Assembly (NCBI GenBank): GCA_002104905.1 | Contig: MCFE01000159.1 | Span: 85,593 to 149,592, forward strand | DNA from: Basidiobolus meristosporus CBS 931.73 | Lineage: Eukaryota > Fungi > Basidiobolomycota | Reading direction: 5' to 3' | Length of the DNA stretch: 64,000 bases | Shown: positions 21,596 to 33,673 of the stretch, piece after piece | Layout of the letters: the number at the start of each line of letters is the position of its first letter | Position numbering within the stretch: the first letter of the stretch is position 1 | Program-made: the position numbers and the translations under genes | The notes under the pieces: generated by a model | What the model saw: the letters and a program-made list of their open reading frames with translations, nothing else | Told to the model about the DNA's origin: nothing | Database searches by the model: none

Positions 21596-24497
21596 TCAGT
21601 TGGTGATGTTTCGAATGGTGCGGGTCAACGGCTTGAGTCTTTTGGAAAACTTGCTAGACTTGGTGGGGGTGGAGACTGGAGTGGGGCCGGTCTGACCGGG
21701 ATACTTGCTGGAGTCGGGTTTCTCCCTATCCGAGGTGTCGTAACGACGTTGCTTCAGGAGCTCCATTAGCTCCTCCGTGGGGAACGAATCCTCTTGCCCG
21801 ATGGATTTTTCCCGGATAAGCTGGGGAGGGGGAGGGGGCAGCGGGGGTGGATTGAGCATGTGATTTAGCCTACCGCTGGAGGAGATTTTTCGGAGTCCCC
21901 GCAGGCTTTCGGCGCTCTTACTTGGCCTGGGGACCTTGGAAGTCATCGGGTGGCGGATGCCGGTGTTGAGCGGGATCGGCGAAGAGATCTCCAATCCGGA
22001 AAAGGAGAATTCGTAATTGGGAGACCCTTCGGCGGGAGGGGTTCCGAGGGCGTAGCGTGCTCGATGCAAATTCGGCAATGACGGCTTGCGCGAGCCAAGC
22101 TTGGATTCGCCATGATCGTACTTGCTGGGGGAGTGGCCAAGGTTAAAGTGCAGGTGATGTTTGATGGTCCCCAAGGCATCTCGGATTCCACTAGTGTTCT
22201 GCTTTTCCCAGTTGCTCTCCTCTTCCATGGCGCTATGATACGACGAGGAGGTAGACAGGGTGGACCCGGTGTTGGATGTAAAGGAGAAGGCCGCTGCTCT
22301 GTCGGCCGGTTTATCGTGGCCTTTCTTGGGCTCCCGGATCTTACTAATCTCGTCCACCTGGCGCTCAGACATCCATAGCTGGCAGAGAATATGGTGCAGT
22401 ATCACCTGTTGGGTGGTGTATATACTATCCAGCTCCTTCTTCTTTCGTCGCCCGTTCACCGATCTCTCGTGGCCCGACGGATGGCCCTGATTTTCCGAGG
22501 AGAGCGAGTTGGTGCTGAAGGTGAAGAATTTCGACTTAGACTTCAAGAAGTTGGGCGGTGGGTCGGGTGGATATTTGGGACCCGCTAGATAGCACCGGAG
22601 CACCGCCAGTAAGGTTTGCACCCGGGGGTCTTCCTCAAGACGTGCTGTCGAGTTCGATTTCCCTTTGGTTGGATTCACACTGGGGGTGCCGGGCGTCGTA
22701 GTGGCCGCGTTCGCTCCGGATTTCTTCGTGGCGGCCAAGAGGTAGGTGATGTCCATGATGAACACACCGAGGAACGGGATGGTGGGCTTGGTGAGCGGGA
22801 GGATGTGCTTCGAGGCACTAGTGTCTGACAGCATATCCCCACCTATGGTGATCTCCCGGTACTTCCCATAGTTGTTATCCTCGCTCATCAGTTCCCGAAG
22901 AGAGTCCAGCCGCGACAGTGATTTCTTGGGGATGCACGCCCACGTACGTTTCAGCCTTTCTACTGGCGGAGTCCCGGTGGCACTTAAGACAGCCTTCAAC
23001 GTCTGGAAATTGTTTAGGTCGTACAGTCGGGAAGCGATCCGAATCCAATGGTTCAGGATTTGCGCCCGGTGGGACGCCTCCACTGGAGACAGAATGGAGA
23101 TCTCGATGATTCGCGTCAGGTAGTTGAAGAAGTCGGTCGAGGCGACAATGGCGGGGTGCGGGCTCCGCGGAGAATGCGTCAGGACTGCATTCGGCGGGAT
23201 CCGCTGGAACAACGCGGACTCGATCAAGGTGAGCTGGTAGGCCACCAGACGAGGAGAAAAGGTGTAGATGGTGGTGGAGGTGGTGGCCAATTGGACCAGG
23301 TTATTGATCTTCCCCAGGGTCGACTGCGTCTCTGTGATGGTCACATTCAGGCTCTGGGCTTTCTGGAACATGGCCAGGTCCTCTTGGTTCGTATCCGGCT
23401 GCTCCGAGTCTTGCGTGGGTGTAGCGTGGGTTCGGCAGACGTTGTGCAATGCCACCATCTCAGTGTTGATGGCCTCTAATTTCTCGCTCAGCATGTGGTA
23501 GCTGCTAAGCAGCGGGGATTTCGGAATCGACGGGACGTGGTCGGTCTCAAGGACACTTTCGTCCGCTTGTGCCGGCACAAGATTCAACGGATCTACACTT
23601 CCTTCGGGAACGATGTGAATATACGTTTGTTGCGGAAGGATCATGTTATTAGGTATGGACAGTACGGGCGCCTTGTGTGGGTGAAAGTTAGGGGACTCTG
23701 GCGGGGAGATGGCGGAGAACAATCGGTTCTCCGGGGATTCGTCGCATGTGGAGAAGAGGGGGGACTCTGGGGGTGAGATGGCTGAAAACACTGCCTGGTC
23801 CGGGGAGTTTGGGGTGGTGGACTGGTCCGAATCGTCGCAACTCCAATCTTGGCACGCATCCGCAGTTAGTTGGTGCTCAGGTTCAACCAGCATCTTCGAA
23901 ACCAATACATACCATAATTCTCATCGCTGAACACCGGCAAAGGCTGGGAATCGTCATGGACGATGGCCAGCCGTCTTAAATACTTCGTTGTGCCAACTCG
24001 CTTTCTAGGAGTGGTCATTTGATATGTTGTCTGGATCTCCACCTTCCCGTTGGTATCAGGCTGAGGCGTATCCTGTGGGGACTGGGGCGGAGGTTGAAAG
24101 GCTCGCCGATGGGTGTCAACGTTGATAGAATGCTGCTGTATAATCGCCTGTGCACCGGCGACCGATTTTTGGCAGGACTCGAAGAGATGATTTACTGAGC
24201 GGGGCTTCTTGATAATCACTAAAGCATTGAGTGTGGTTCAGTTGTCCGGACAGGCGCAGACACGCAAGACTTGCTCCGACTTACCCTGGTTCTCAAAAAC
24301 AACGGTTTTCAGGCTATTTGCAGCAACCTCCAAGGCATATAGGTAAAGAAAATAGGCCTCCTATGGTTACAAGGGCCAGTGTGGCTCGGTTAGCTTAGGC
24401 TGGCAGCCCCAACAATACAAGCAGCCTGGTCTACCTCAAACCCCCCGTCACCTTGGCTGGTGGAGGCCTTCGTCAGAAGTTGTTGTATCTCGTCCAT
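21596..24497 (-). CDS. RasGEF (CDC25-domain) protein with N-terminal MIT-like helices
   Basis: CDC25 motifs LVAYQLTLIE, RAQILNHWIRIA..L..LNNFQTL.AV, NYGKYR, PTIPFLGVFIMDITYL. Three introns reconstructed upstream give start MDEIQQLLTKAS...EEAYFLYLYALE at 24497. Confidence 0.85.
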
Positions 24498-25706
24498 CCA
24501 GAAGATTGAATAGGTGAGGAATATTCGTCACTCTCCAGCACACCGGGAAATGTTTGGAAACAACGGGGAAGTGGGGTGTCGGTGGGGTTCTGAAGTGCAA
24601 CGAGAATCGCGCGAACAATATGCTATGAGGGTAAACTAAAAGTGGGACGGTGCTAAACGGAGAAAAGTGCTGGCTGTACGAAGCAGGAAAAAGGATTTCC
24701 AAGGTAAATTGCCACCCAAAAGGAAATAATAATACCAACTCGAGGAAACAATGGTCAAGAACAATGAGCAGGGTCGGTGGAGAAAAATCCGTTAGCAATA
24801 GGGTGATTTCAATCTTAAATCGTAATTTAAAATAGCTATGCGATCAACATATAGCCGATATACGGATCGGTGGGTTGGATATCGTGGATTCTATTCGACC
24901 CACGCCAACTGAGGGAACAGTCAGTGTGGGTTGTGTTTGGGTTGGTTGAATGCGTGTCGCTTATTTATCATTTCTTCGGTCCAAGCTGAGCTAATGTACA
25001 GGAGGTTCAGTCATATGTGACTAGGCTTTTGTTGAGATGCGAGATTTCCTTGAATGAGAACGGCTTGCTACTGCTGATTGGTGGGGCTGAGGTGCCTATC
25101 GAGTTCATTGGCAGATTCCCCGCGATTGATTGTCTAATCGAAGCCATCTGGTTGTGGTTGGGTCATCTGTGAGCAGCTGGGTTGATGTCATCTAATCCAT
25201 GACATGTTTGGAGCCGATCACAGCCAGGTTCTAATCCCGTAGTACAGTGGCGGAATAATTTTGGCTTTCCAACCACACAGTGCTTATTTTTACACAACCA
25301 GGTTTGCAATGGATGAGGTACAGCAAGCTGCATTTCAAGCATGCGTTCGGTCGTCAGCTGAACCGGAATGTGCGATGCCCTTTGTGTGGCGATCGAAGCC
25401 AACCAGTGTGCTGGTCTACGGTCTTCACTTGAGCAAGTTTATTGAACATACAAGGGCTGTATTGCACAATGTTCCTGGCATTGATCAGCAACATAGGTCG
25501 CACATGCTTGCGTGACTGGCTAACCATTTGGATGCCTCGTATGAACACCAGGGTGAGTGCCATCCGAGTCAGAAACGGGTACTGTGAACTCCTCCAGCAT
25601 AGACACTATGTCTCCCGTTGCCTGGCATCTATGGTGGCAACTCACTGTCACAAACAAGGGACAGCGTACATTCAGGGTGAATGTGTCTTTACTTATCAAT
25701 TGACTG

Positions 25707-26346
25707 TTAAACAGATTCAGTGGTAATTGTACTGTTGTCGGACAAATTCCCATCTATCCTGATGTTGTTTGCTGCTAGTATACTTGCCTCGATCGCCTCC
25801 AGTATGTCCAGCTCCCAAAATCCCATCTCGTAGTCCACAAGGCCGTATCTCTCCAATATATCACACCACGCAATAACCGAATCTCGGAGATGAAACAGAT
25901 GGGTTTCACGTAGCTGGTCCTTGTCGCTCCTTGCCGTGGTGGTACGGGAGAGGGCGTACAGCCAGCAATGGTTGATGCCTTGCCAGAAACCTTCCCGATC
26001 ATACACATTGAAGGGTGCCTCGTCACTTGTCAAACCTAAAAGTCACTTATTCTTGAACTTTAATCAGCCGTTGGGAAGGGTGGAGGGGATGGTTGTAAAC
26101 TAAACCTAGTGCTTCGCAGTTCGACACAACCACGTCGGTTATGCTCACCAGGACCTCGAAAGCCTTCAGAATGGCCCCCTGCTCAATGTGGTCCAGTGCT
26201 TTCTTGAGCTCGTTCTGGATCTCCTCAAAGTTGGTGGTGAGCGCGGCGGTGGTCACTACGGTTGTCGTGGAGGAGAGGCTTGAGAGATGAGTTTGCATGG
26301 GCCTGGAGGTGTTTGTCGTGAGTGTCGGAGGATTCGTGTTGGCCAT
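25707..26346 (-). CDS. Uncharacterised fungal protein (2 exons)
   Basis: ORFs 26047-26346 and 25707-26033 join through a GT..AG intron (EAL-G-LTSDE). The product looks helical, with FWQGINHCWL and LERYGLVDYEMGFWE motifs. Confidence 0.7.
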
Positions 26347-28030
26347 AAGAGTATTCAGATAACAAGTTGCCTGCTTGTAGTGGACATCGAACTCATATCT
26401 GGCCGATGAAAGCCACTGTCATAGGTGTGGCCAATAGGAGATGGCTGGTTGGCTGAGATACAGTATAAAGGGACTACCGCATATTCAGCTATATTGTATG
26501 AATCCCATCTGGCATTGGAGAGGTTGTGTTTGCTCAGCAAGATCAAATGAATAGGCTACTCTGCTAGAATTGATGGCATTCTAGACAATTGTCCATATTG
26601 ACTGCCATATGTGGCTAATCCATGCCAAAGCGCTTAGGGTCAATGATTCATACTGGCCTGCTGCCGGCTATCGTTTGTGCCAGTCGACGTTGCGATGGAA
26701 TGGGAACCCACGCCAAAGGGTACATCCCATTTGATAAATCCATCGATGACATCATTCCCTGGTGTGAATTGGTGATGTATCGAGCTGGTTTCAATATCAG
26801 CAATATTCCCAATGAGTTGCATTTTGGCCTCACACCAATCACTTTGCTGGGATTCGAAAACCCTGCGTGAGAATCAGTGTAGTCTTGTTACTAGAGCCAT
26901 GGTAAGTGGAGTTGGCTAGATGCGAGCTCCATAGCGTTGCCGAGTGCATGGTCTCTGAGCCACCCGAAAATCGGTAATTCATTGAAGCCGAGAGGTGACA
27001 AAGTTCTGGTTGCGTGGCATCTGGCTATGATGTGTTAGCTTGCTCTGTTGAAGTTAATTCTTGTTCATGTTATACATCCGCAAAGTATCCAAATTCTGTC
27101 ACAGCTCGCAGTAATCACCAGGAAACTTGTTTGCTGGATGATTCCATATACAAAAAAACACTCCTGAGATAGTCTGGGAAGGTCGGAGGCTGAGACGCTG
27201 CTATACGTATAGCACAAGCTTCTATGAGAATCTGAGGTTCTGGGAACATGTTTCTGCCTTCCTTTGCTGAGTTTGCTTGCACACTTCAATTGCAGTGCAA
27301 AATCTTTGGCAATATTCTACCAAGAAGATTCTTGACCAATCTAAGGATGTTACTTGCTTTCTATGGCCATGCTGGATACAAAGCTTGGTGCTCCCTCTGC
27401 TGAGGTTTCCTCTTACTATGCAGCCTCTCTCTGTATATTCCTTGGTTCTTATTTGGGCATTGACATGTATCATACTTCAATGCAAGTAGAAACCTAAATT
27501 GGATGCATGATCCATGTAAAAATCAGGCAATCTATTGCACTCCCACACTTCTACTTGCATACCTAACCACACTTAGTATCTATATGTGGAAATTCTCTTT
27601 CTTAATTGATGTAGCTCTCACTTGAGAGGTACTCTATAAGCCTGAAATAGCCATGAGCTAATTATCTGTGAGAAAGGCTACATCAGAAGAGTTTGGTTGC
27701 AGTTTTGATAAATCTGAAAACAAAATTACAGATAAATATGAACTTTTGTGTAAACAGACTTATACTTCATCTTTTATGTTGCTAACATAATAGACTTACT
27801 CATTTGTGTCATTGATAGATGAAGCAAATTGTACTGTGACTTTGCTATCTGGGTGTTACATTTGAGTGATATAGAACATAAGCTTTGTGCTAACATCTGA
27901 ATCTTCCACCAACTTTTCTACCAAGACCATAGCTTAAAAGCTTCAGTATTTCTGCTCAAACCCTTTGCTCCTATTTGCATACAATATTTCTGTCAAAGTG
28001 TTAAGTACTCAAGATACAAAGACTCTCAGC

Positions 28031-28374
28031 TGCTGCAAGAGTTTGAGAGATACTGGAAGTGAACAAGTAGATTATATGGTTTTCACTTAATGATTTATTG
28101 AATGTAAAAGTGGTGTTTATACTTTTATATGGTCTTGCCATAGTAAACACGCAGAATAGGGTTTAAGAAGGTCACAAGAACATGTGTGCAAAGTTTGGGG
28201 CTGTTTGGACAGCTTATCTAATTTTTGTTCTCTGAGTACCTGATACTTTGGTGAAAATATTTGAAGTAAATCCCAACAAGGAATTTGGTCAGTATTCTCT
28301 AAGATTTGTAGGTAATCTGACTTCTTGATGTTGTAGCTTTGCTCACCAGTTTGGCTTCCACACTTTCTACAACA
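28031..28374 (-). repeat. Solo LTR of the Copia family found at 58-62 kb (diverged, inverted)
   Basis: The reverse complement begins TGTTGTAG and ends TTGCAGCA. About 285 bp align with the 58146/62465 LTRs (GAGAATACTGACCAAATTCCTTGTTGGGATTTACTT; CCAAACAGCCCCAAACTTTGCACACATGTTCTTG; CAATAAATCATTAAGTGAAAACCA). Confidence 0.9.
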
Positions 28375-29384
28375 GAAGATGTGTAGGCTTTGGCAAAAGT
28401 ACCTTTCTCTGCTAGATGATCTACCTCACTGAAATGTAGCACAACTAGCAGCACCTCAAACTCTTGTCAAAACAGCTGTTGCCTTATTGTCCATTCTTCT
28501 TAGCTATTACAGGATTTGGACTGCACTTGGTAGATAGGGTTGATTTGTGAAAGCTGCAGCTTTTGTCACATGCTTCTCTGTCTCTGGATTGGTTGAGCTT
28601 TCCTTTCTTTCCCCTTACCTTTATAACTGCCAGGACCTGCATTGCTACACTGGCTGAGTGGTTCTTGAATTGTATTGTATTTTTTCCTCAAAAAATGCTG
28701 CACTGATGCTTCTGTTTCTGCCTTTCTTTTCCTGACTGGCACTCTTCCAGCTACCAGATGTTGCATTGCCACTTGTTTGGAGCTTTCAGCTTTACTTGTA
28801 ACTGGCACTTGTGAAAGTTACTTATTTTTTGCAGTGGCACCCTTGTACTTCTGCCTTTAATAGTTTCAACTATTTGTGAGATATCTTCTTTGCATATCAA
28901 TGCTGGCATTTGTTTGTCTCCCTTTCTCTTTGTAGCTGCAAATTGGGTTAGGAGTCTTGCATACATAGGAACCAATACAGTGAACAAACAAGTTATGCAG
29001 GTATCTATCAATTATATATTAGATGAAAAAGAAGTATTTGAGTTTTTGCAAGTCCTAAGCAAAAAATGCACATAGAGTATACTTAGTGAGGCTTCAAGAG
29101 CATATGCACAGAGTTTGTAAATTCTGGATTTCTTCCATGCAGGGTGCTGCAAATACTTGGTCTACACCATAACAGTTCATATTTCAGAAGATTCTAATTT
29201 GCATATTGCCAAGCTATTTGTTACTTACTTGGGATTTAGTATGTATGATATTAGCTGTGATTTAGAAGTAGTGATGGCCTGAAGGTAATTGTTATTATCA
29301 GACCTGTTCAAAAGGCCTCAACTCTTGCTTACAGCTTCCTGAGGTCTTTTTTGAGGTATGCCCATCAACTTTTTGAGGCTCTTT

Positions 29385-29490
29385 TGGCGGTAAGAGTCTT
29401 GGAGATAGGGAGAATGATCTGGATGAAAAAGTGGATTATGTGGTTTTCAATTGATGATTTATTAAACGTAACAGTAGTACGCATTAGAAT
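29385..29490 (-). repeat. 3' part (R/U5) of a related, more diverged LTR
   Basis: Reverse complement AATAAATCATCAATTGAAAACCACATAATCCAC...TATCTCCAAGACTCTTACCGCCA matches the LTR 3' end AATAAATCATTAAGTGAAAACCACATAATCTAC...TATCTCCAAGACTCTTACAACA. Confidence 0.8.
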
Positions 29491-29548
29491 ACCAGTAGAA
29501 TGCTAGAAGATTGCCAGATGAATTCTAAGTATGGGACTTTTCATAGGG

Positions 29549-29626
29549 CTACCCTGTAGGTGAAATGATTGCGGACATATTTATGATATTATTAGCTAGT
29601 CACGTTTGTATATTTCCCTATTTTAA
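29549..29626 (+). pseudogene. Copia RNase H C-terminal fragment
   Basis: TGAAATGATTGCGGACATATTTA...ATTAGCTAG aligns with ~62347-62420 (TGAAATGATTGCAGACATATTTA...ATTAGCTAG; EMIADIF). Confidence 0.75.
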
Positions 29627-30227
29627 ATTAACCATACTATATTCTGTCCAAGCTCACTGTCAGGATCTAATCGGAATTGGTACACTCCTGGAATTTGATA
29701 GTACTGTGAATGTATATGATCATCCACATCTGATACACATGGCGCTTCCGGAGGCACCAGAATAAACTGGAGACTTTCTACCGGAAAGTCGTACATTCAA
29801 GATTACGGGATGATTTCATAATATAGAGCACGGCAAGAGTGCTGTTGAGTCTTCCAGAGCATTTTCTGTAGTATGCCTCATTAAATGTTGATATTGCGAA
29901 TGGTACCACGTGGATTTATTTACCGAAGGTAGAACGCCCCGTCGACCTAACTGAGATTTACAACAAAAACAAAGGGGTCGACCCTACGTAAGCGATCGAG
30001 GAGCATTGGGGTGATTAGGAGCTTGGGACATCTTCAGTATAACACTCTGTCTACTGAACCTTTACAGTGGAGGAGTCAAAGTCCCGGTGGGTCTTTATTT
30101 ATTTGGATTCGGCTATCAGCGTGGTGAAAAATGGTCAGGAAAGAAAACCGACACAAAGCCCGTCGAGAGGGCTGGTTTCTACCAAAACTTCCTGACGTCT
30201 TAGCGGATACAGTTGTGTGGACGGGAA

Positions 30228-33200
30228 TCATTCGGACTGCTGGTCGAAACTATCGCTATCAGTATCCTTCTGAGCCGTTACGTTCACCGAGGAGAGCCTC
30301 ACCAGCTGGCTAGGCGTGTGGTAGCCCAACTTCTCCACGTCTATCTTCGAACTACCATAGGTGCCCATCTCAGTCAGGAACAGGTTGGCCTTGCGCCGCT
30401 TCAGGGCCTCGAATTCCGACCACTTACGTAGAGTGATTTTACTTGGGTCGAACTCCCCTTCTTTCTTGCCGTGTGGCCCATCCTCTTGCGTCTCCCCAAG
30501 AACCATACGGGTCTGGCCCCAGCTGAAGTCGTCGAAGTGCCAGAAGGCGTACACTGGGAGAATCAGATTCCACACCGGAAGGGAGACCAGGTAAATGATC
30601 ATCCAGCCGATGTACACCAACTTCCGAGTAGTCATCACGATGAGGATGGCCGGCAGGCCTAGAATCACTGCTAACAGGGTCAACGGGATGATCGGAACCG
30701 GGCTCACCACCAAGGAGATCACGATCAAGTAGATGGTGAAGCAAATGGCCGCCGGCAGGACGGTGGTGCCCAGTAGCTCCATGAAGATCACGAACTGCAT
30801 CGAGAAACAGAAGGTCCCGCACAGATCGCGGATCAGCACCAACTCCAGTAGGTTGTGAACAGTGGAGTTGATCCAACGCCGGCGCTGGGACAAAAGCACT
30901 CCGAAGGAGTCGGGCACCACCGTTTTGCACACCGCCTGTGGCACGAAGATCATCTTTCGCTTTGGGAAGGTTCGCAACATGAGCGTGGTGAGGAACCGGT
31001 CCTCCCCCAGCAGGAGGAGGTTCTTCTTGTGCAGTGTATTGACCACGTTCTCCGAATAGTGCTCCACCACCTCCGGACTTGCCAGGATGGGCACCCAAAG
31101 CCCGCTGCTACCCTTGGGGGCCTTGATTCGGTACATGCAGAAACACCCCGGGAGACAGGTCACTCCGCCAAACACCGACTCGAAAGCCTTGCTCTGGTGA
31201 TGCGAGATGTAGTACTCGAACACTTGAATCATCGACACCCAGCTGTCCTTCTTGTTGGCGATCTTGGTTTCTCCGCAAAGGCCCATGATCTGCGGATCCC
31301 GTACCATGCAGGACACCATCCGGGTGACCGAGTCTGTATAGACCTTGGTGTCCGCATCCACCATCAGAACAATCTCGTAGCGGTCGGCGCTCACCCCAGT
31401 GGTGCTCCAGATGGCGTTGAATAATTCGTACTCCATCTCGGTCATACGGTCATCGAACATCACATGCTGCAGAAAGGACATCAGGATGATCTGGCTATCG
31501 CGCTTTCCTCGATTCCCCGGCTTGGAGGAGCTCGCCTCTTCCGGGGTTCCACACTTGGCGATCAGGATCATGGGGACCCGCTGTTGCCGCGCCAGGGGGA
31601 CGGTCCGATGGTCGAACTTGTAGTAGCCGGCATACACCTTGGCCATGTTGTGACGTTTGGAGCCGTCTGCGATGGCGACGTAGGAGAATGGCTGGACATT
31701 CTCGGGGGAGATGACGAAATCCTGGATCATCGAGAGGCATATGTCCGGGGTAGGCACGGCGTTCTCACTCCCAGTGATCATCCCGTCGGCAATCACCAAG
31801 ATCAACTTGTGGGATGCTGGGTAATCGGTGAGGGCGAGCGAGTCCAGCGTGGTGCGTATCCCCTCGGCACCCTCAGAGTAACATGTAACCAGCATGATGG
31901 TGTGGGCTAGAGGGAAGTTAAACGGCTGAAAGGAGGTTTGAGGAGGCGAGGGCGGGGTGTGTGCCCTGAATATGGCCCCTACTGAGGTGTTCGAAGACTG
32001 GCGAGAGAGCGTGTGTGAGGATCCACTTGAAGAAGAGGCAATGGTTTGCGCTGACCCCGAGTTTTTGTAAAGGGCGGGGGGCATGAGGGACGGGGTGGAT
32101 ACAGGGGCCATGCACGATTTGGTTTTACTCTCGTTAGCAAAAGGGCTTGGGTAGCCACCGCCTCTTTTCCCATGGTACTCGGCCACGACCGTGGGTGACG
32201 AGTAGCGACTTGTGGTTGGCAAGAAGCCAGTGCTGGATTTGTGAGTGAGGGTGGAATTGGACCTTGGCGAGTAAATGGCCAATTTCTTTGGGTTCTCGCT
32301 CCACTGCTCTATGGCCTCCAGTCGTTTCATCCGCTCCTCGTAGGTCTCCTCTCGAAATGAGCCGAGACGCCAGCTAAGAACCCAACCAAAATAGATGGCC
32401 AGGAAGAACTTGGTCAAGACAACCCCAAGTATCACCAATAGAGACACGTAGAGAACCACGTTGGATATGATGCACCCCATACTGGTGCTGTCTAGCACGC
32501 CGACCCGAAGTATGTCCATGGCACAGTCTGCCTCCGCTTTGTAGAAGTTCTTGAGCAGGTATGTCACGTCAGTTCCGCGATAGGGAGACTTGGGATCCTG
32601 GATCTGATAAAATATGTCTGGTGCCTGGATACCTGGAATCAACCAGGATATCAGGTCGAAGTTCAGCACATGGCCGTTGTATACAACCAGGGCTTTGTCT
32701 GTCGATTGTATGTCGTTCCAATTATAGAATATCTCCTTGGTGTGCCGGCCGGTGGCCTTTCTGGATAGCGAGGTAGTGTGGCAGGCTGATTCAGGATAGG
32801 CGGCCAATGGATTAGGGGGGCTATCGGTGTCTCGGATGACACAGGGGAAATATTTCGGAGCAGTCAAGTTGCTACCGACTGCATTGCTGGACATGAGTAC
32901 ACCATCACAGTGCTGGTAGTGTAGTTGGAACAAGAACGATACATCTCTACCACCAGCTATCGCTGCCAGGCCTTCATTGGGTGGAAAACCTGGTACGGCG
33001 GGGTGCTTAATGTTCCCGAGTTGAAAGGCTTTACCATTCAAGTTACTCTCCATTGAACTCAACACACCCTGCCTGATGCGGCCAACGTTATCAAACCCAC
33101 ATATCACTTGTTGAAAGCCAAATGTCAGGAATCCTACGATGCCACAGAGAAAGAATATGATGGAACAAAGGGTCATCTTCTCCCTCCAAGCCTGCCTCAC

Positions 33201-33673
33201 TTCAGGAGTCTTCATGCCTTGTGAAACAGAGAAACTGGTTAACTGACGACATCTTCTCGGATGGCTGCACCTGCTTACTAACCACAACAGTCCAATACTG
33301 GGGACGGCGCGTAGAAGGTGACGATCCTTGAAACGATGATCCAGCAATTTGGGAATCTCCTGATTTTAGACAGATGTGAGCCTTTCTTGGATATACTTGC
33401 ATTCGTGAAGCTGTCGCATCTTCCGAAGAGATTCCGGCGATTTGGATGCTCTTCTCGCATTATCGCCTCTTGACGAGATAGCCGCCTAGTGGTTGAATAC
33501 CTCTTAGGACGTACCAACGATCTTCTTCTGGTGTGTGACACGGAGCTAAGGACGGCCTCTGCTTTATTCTCGGTCACTATGGTTTGGAAGCAACGGTTAA
33601 CGGCTGATCGAGCTCATTGTCATCACGCTAAATAGATACCATCAAAGGGACGCCCAATATGATCCATCTCCAT
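30228..33673 (-). CDS. CHS3: Chitin synthase, class IV (CHS3-like), 3 exons
   Basis: CYSEG, NRGKRDSQ, VDADT, LPGCFCMYR, LGEDRFLT, SQRRRWINST, HFDDFSWGQTR; AWREK and a cytochrome-b5-like region N-terminally. Start CACCATGG at 33673; two introns reconstructed. Confidence 0.95.

Larger units (their letters stand above)
27210..29626 (-). mobile_element. Decayed repeat/transposon island (nested relics)
   Basis: AT-rich and nearly CpG-free. Contains broken reading frames, two Copia-LTR-related pieces and an RNase H fragment. Confidence 0.7.

Noticed and set aside
21943-23979. Many overlapping ORFs across the RasGEF gene (likewise 30361-31910 across chitin synthase)
   Set aside because: Expected by-product of GC-rich codon usage.
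28329-28341. 13-bp match TGTTGTAGCTTTG with 58017-58029
   Set aside because: Matches of this length are expected by chance in 64 kb.
27222-28810. Stop codons in the relics as evidence for RIP-like C-to-T mutation
   Set aside because: Every stop codon is one C-to-T step from CAA/CAG/CGA, so this is uninformative without a consensus.
28031-29490. TRIM/LARD-like non-autonomous element bounded by the two minus-strand LTR pieces
   Set aside because: No PBS, PPT or TSD, and the two LTR pieces are too diverged from each other.
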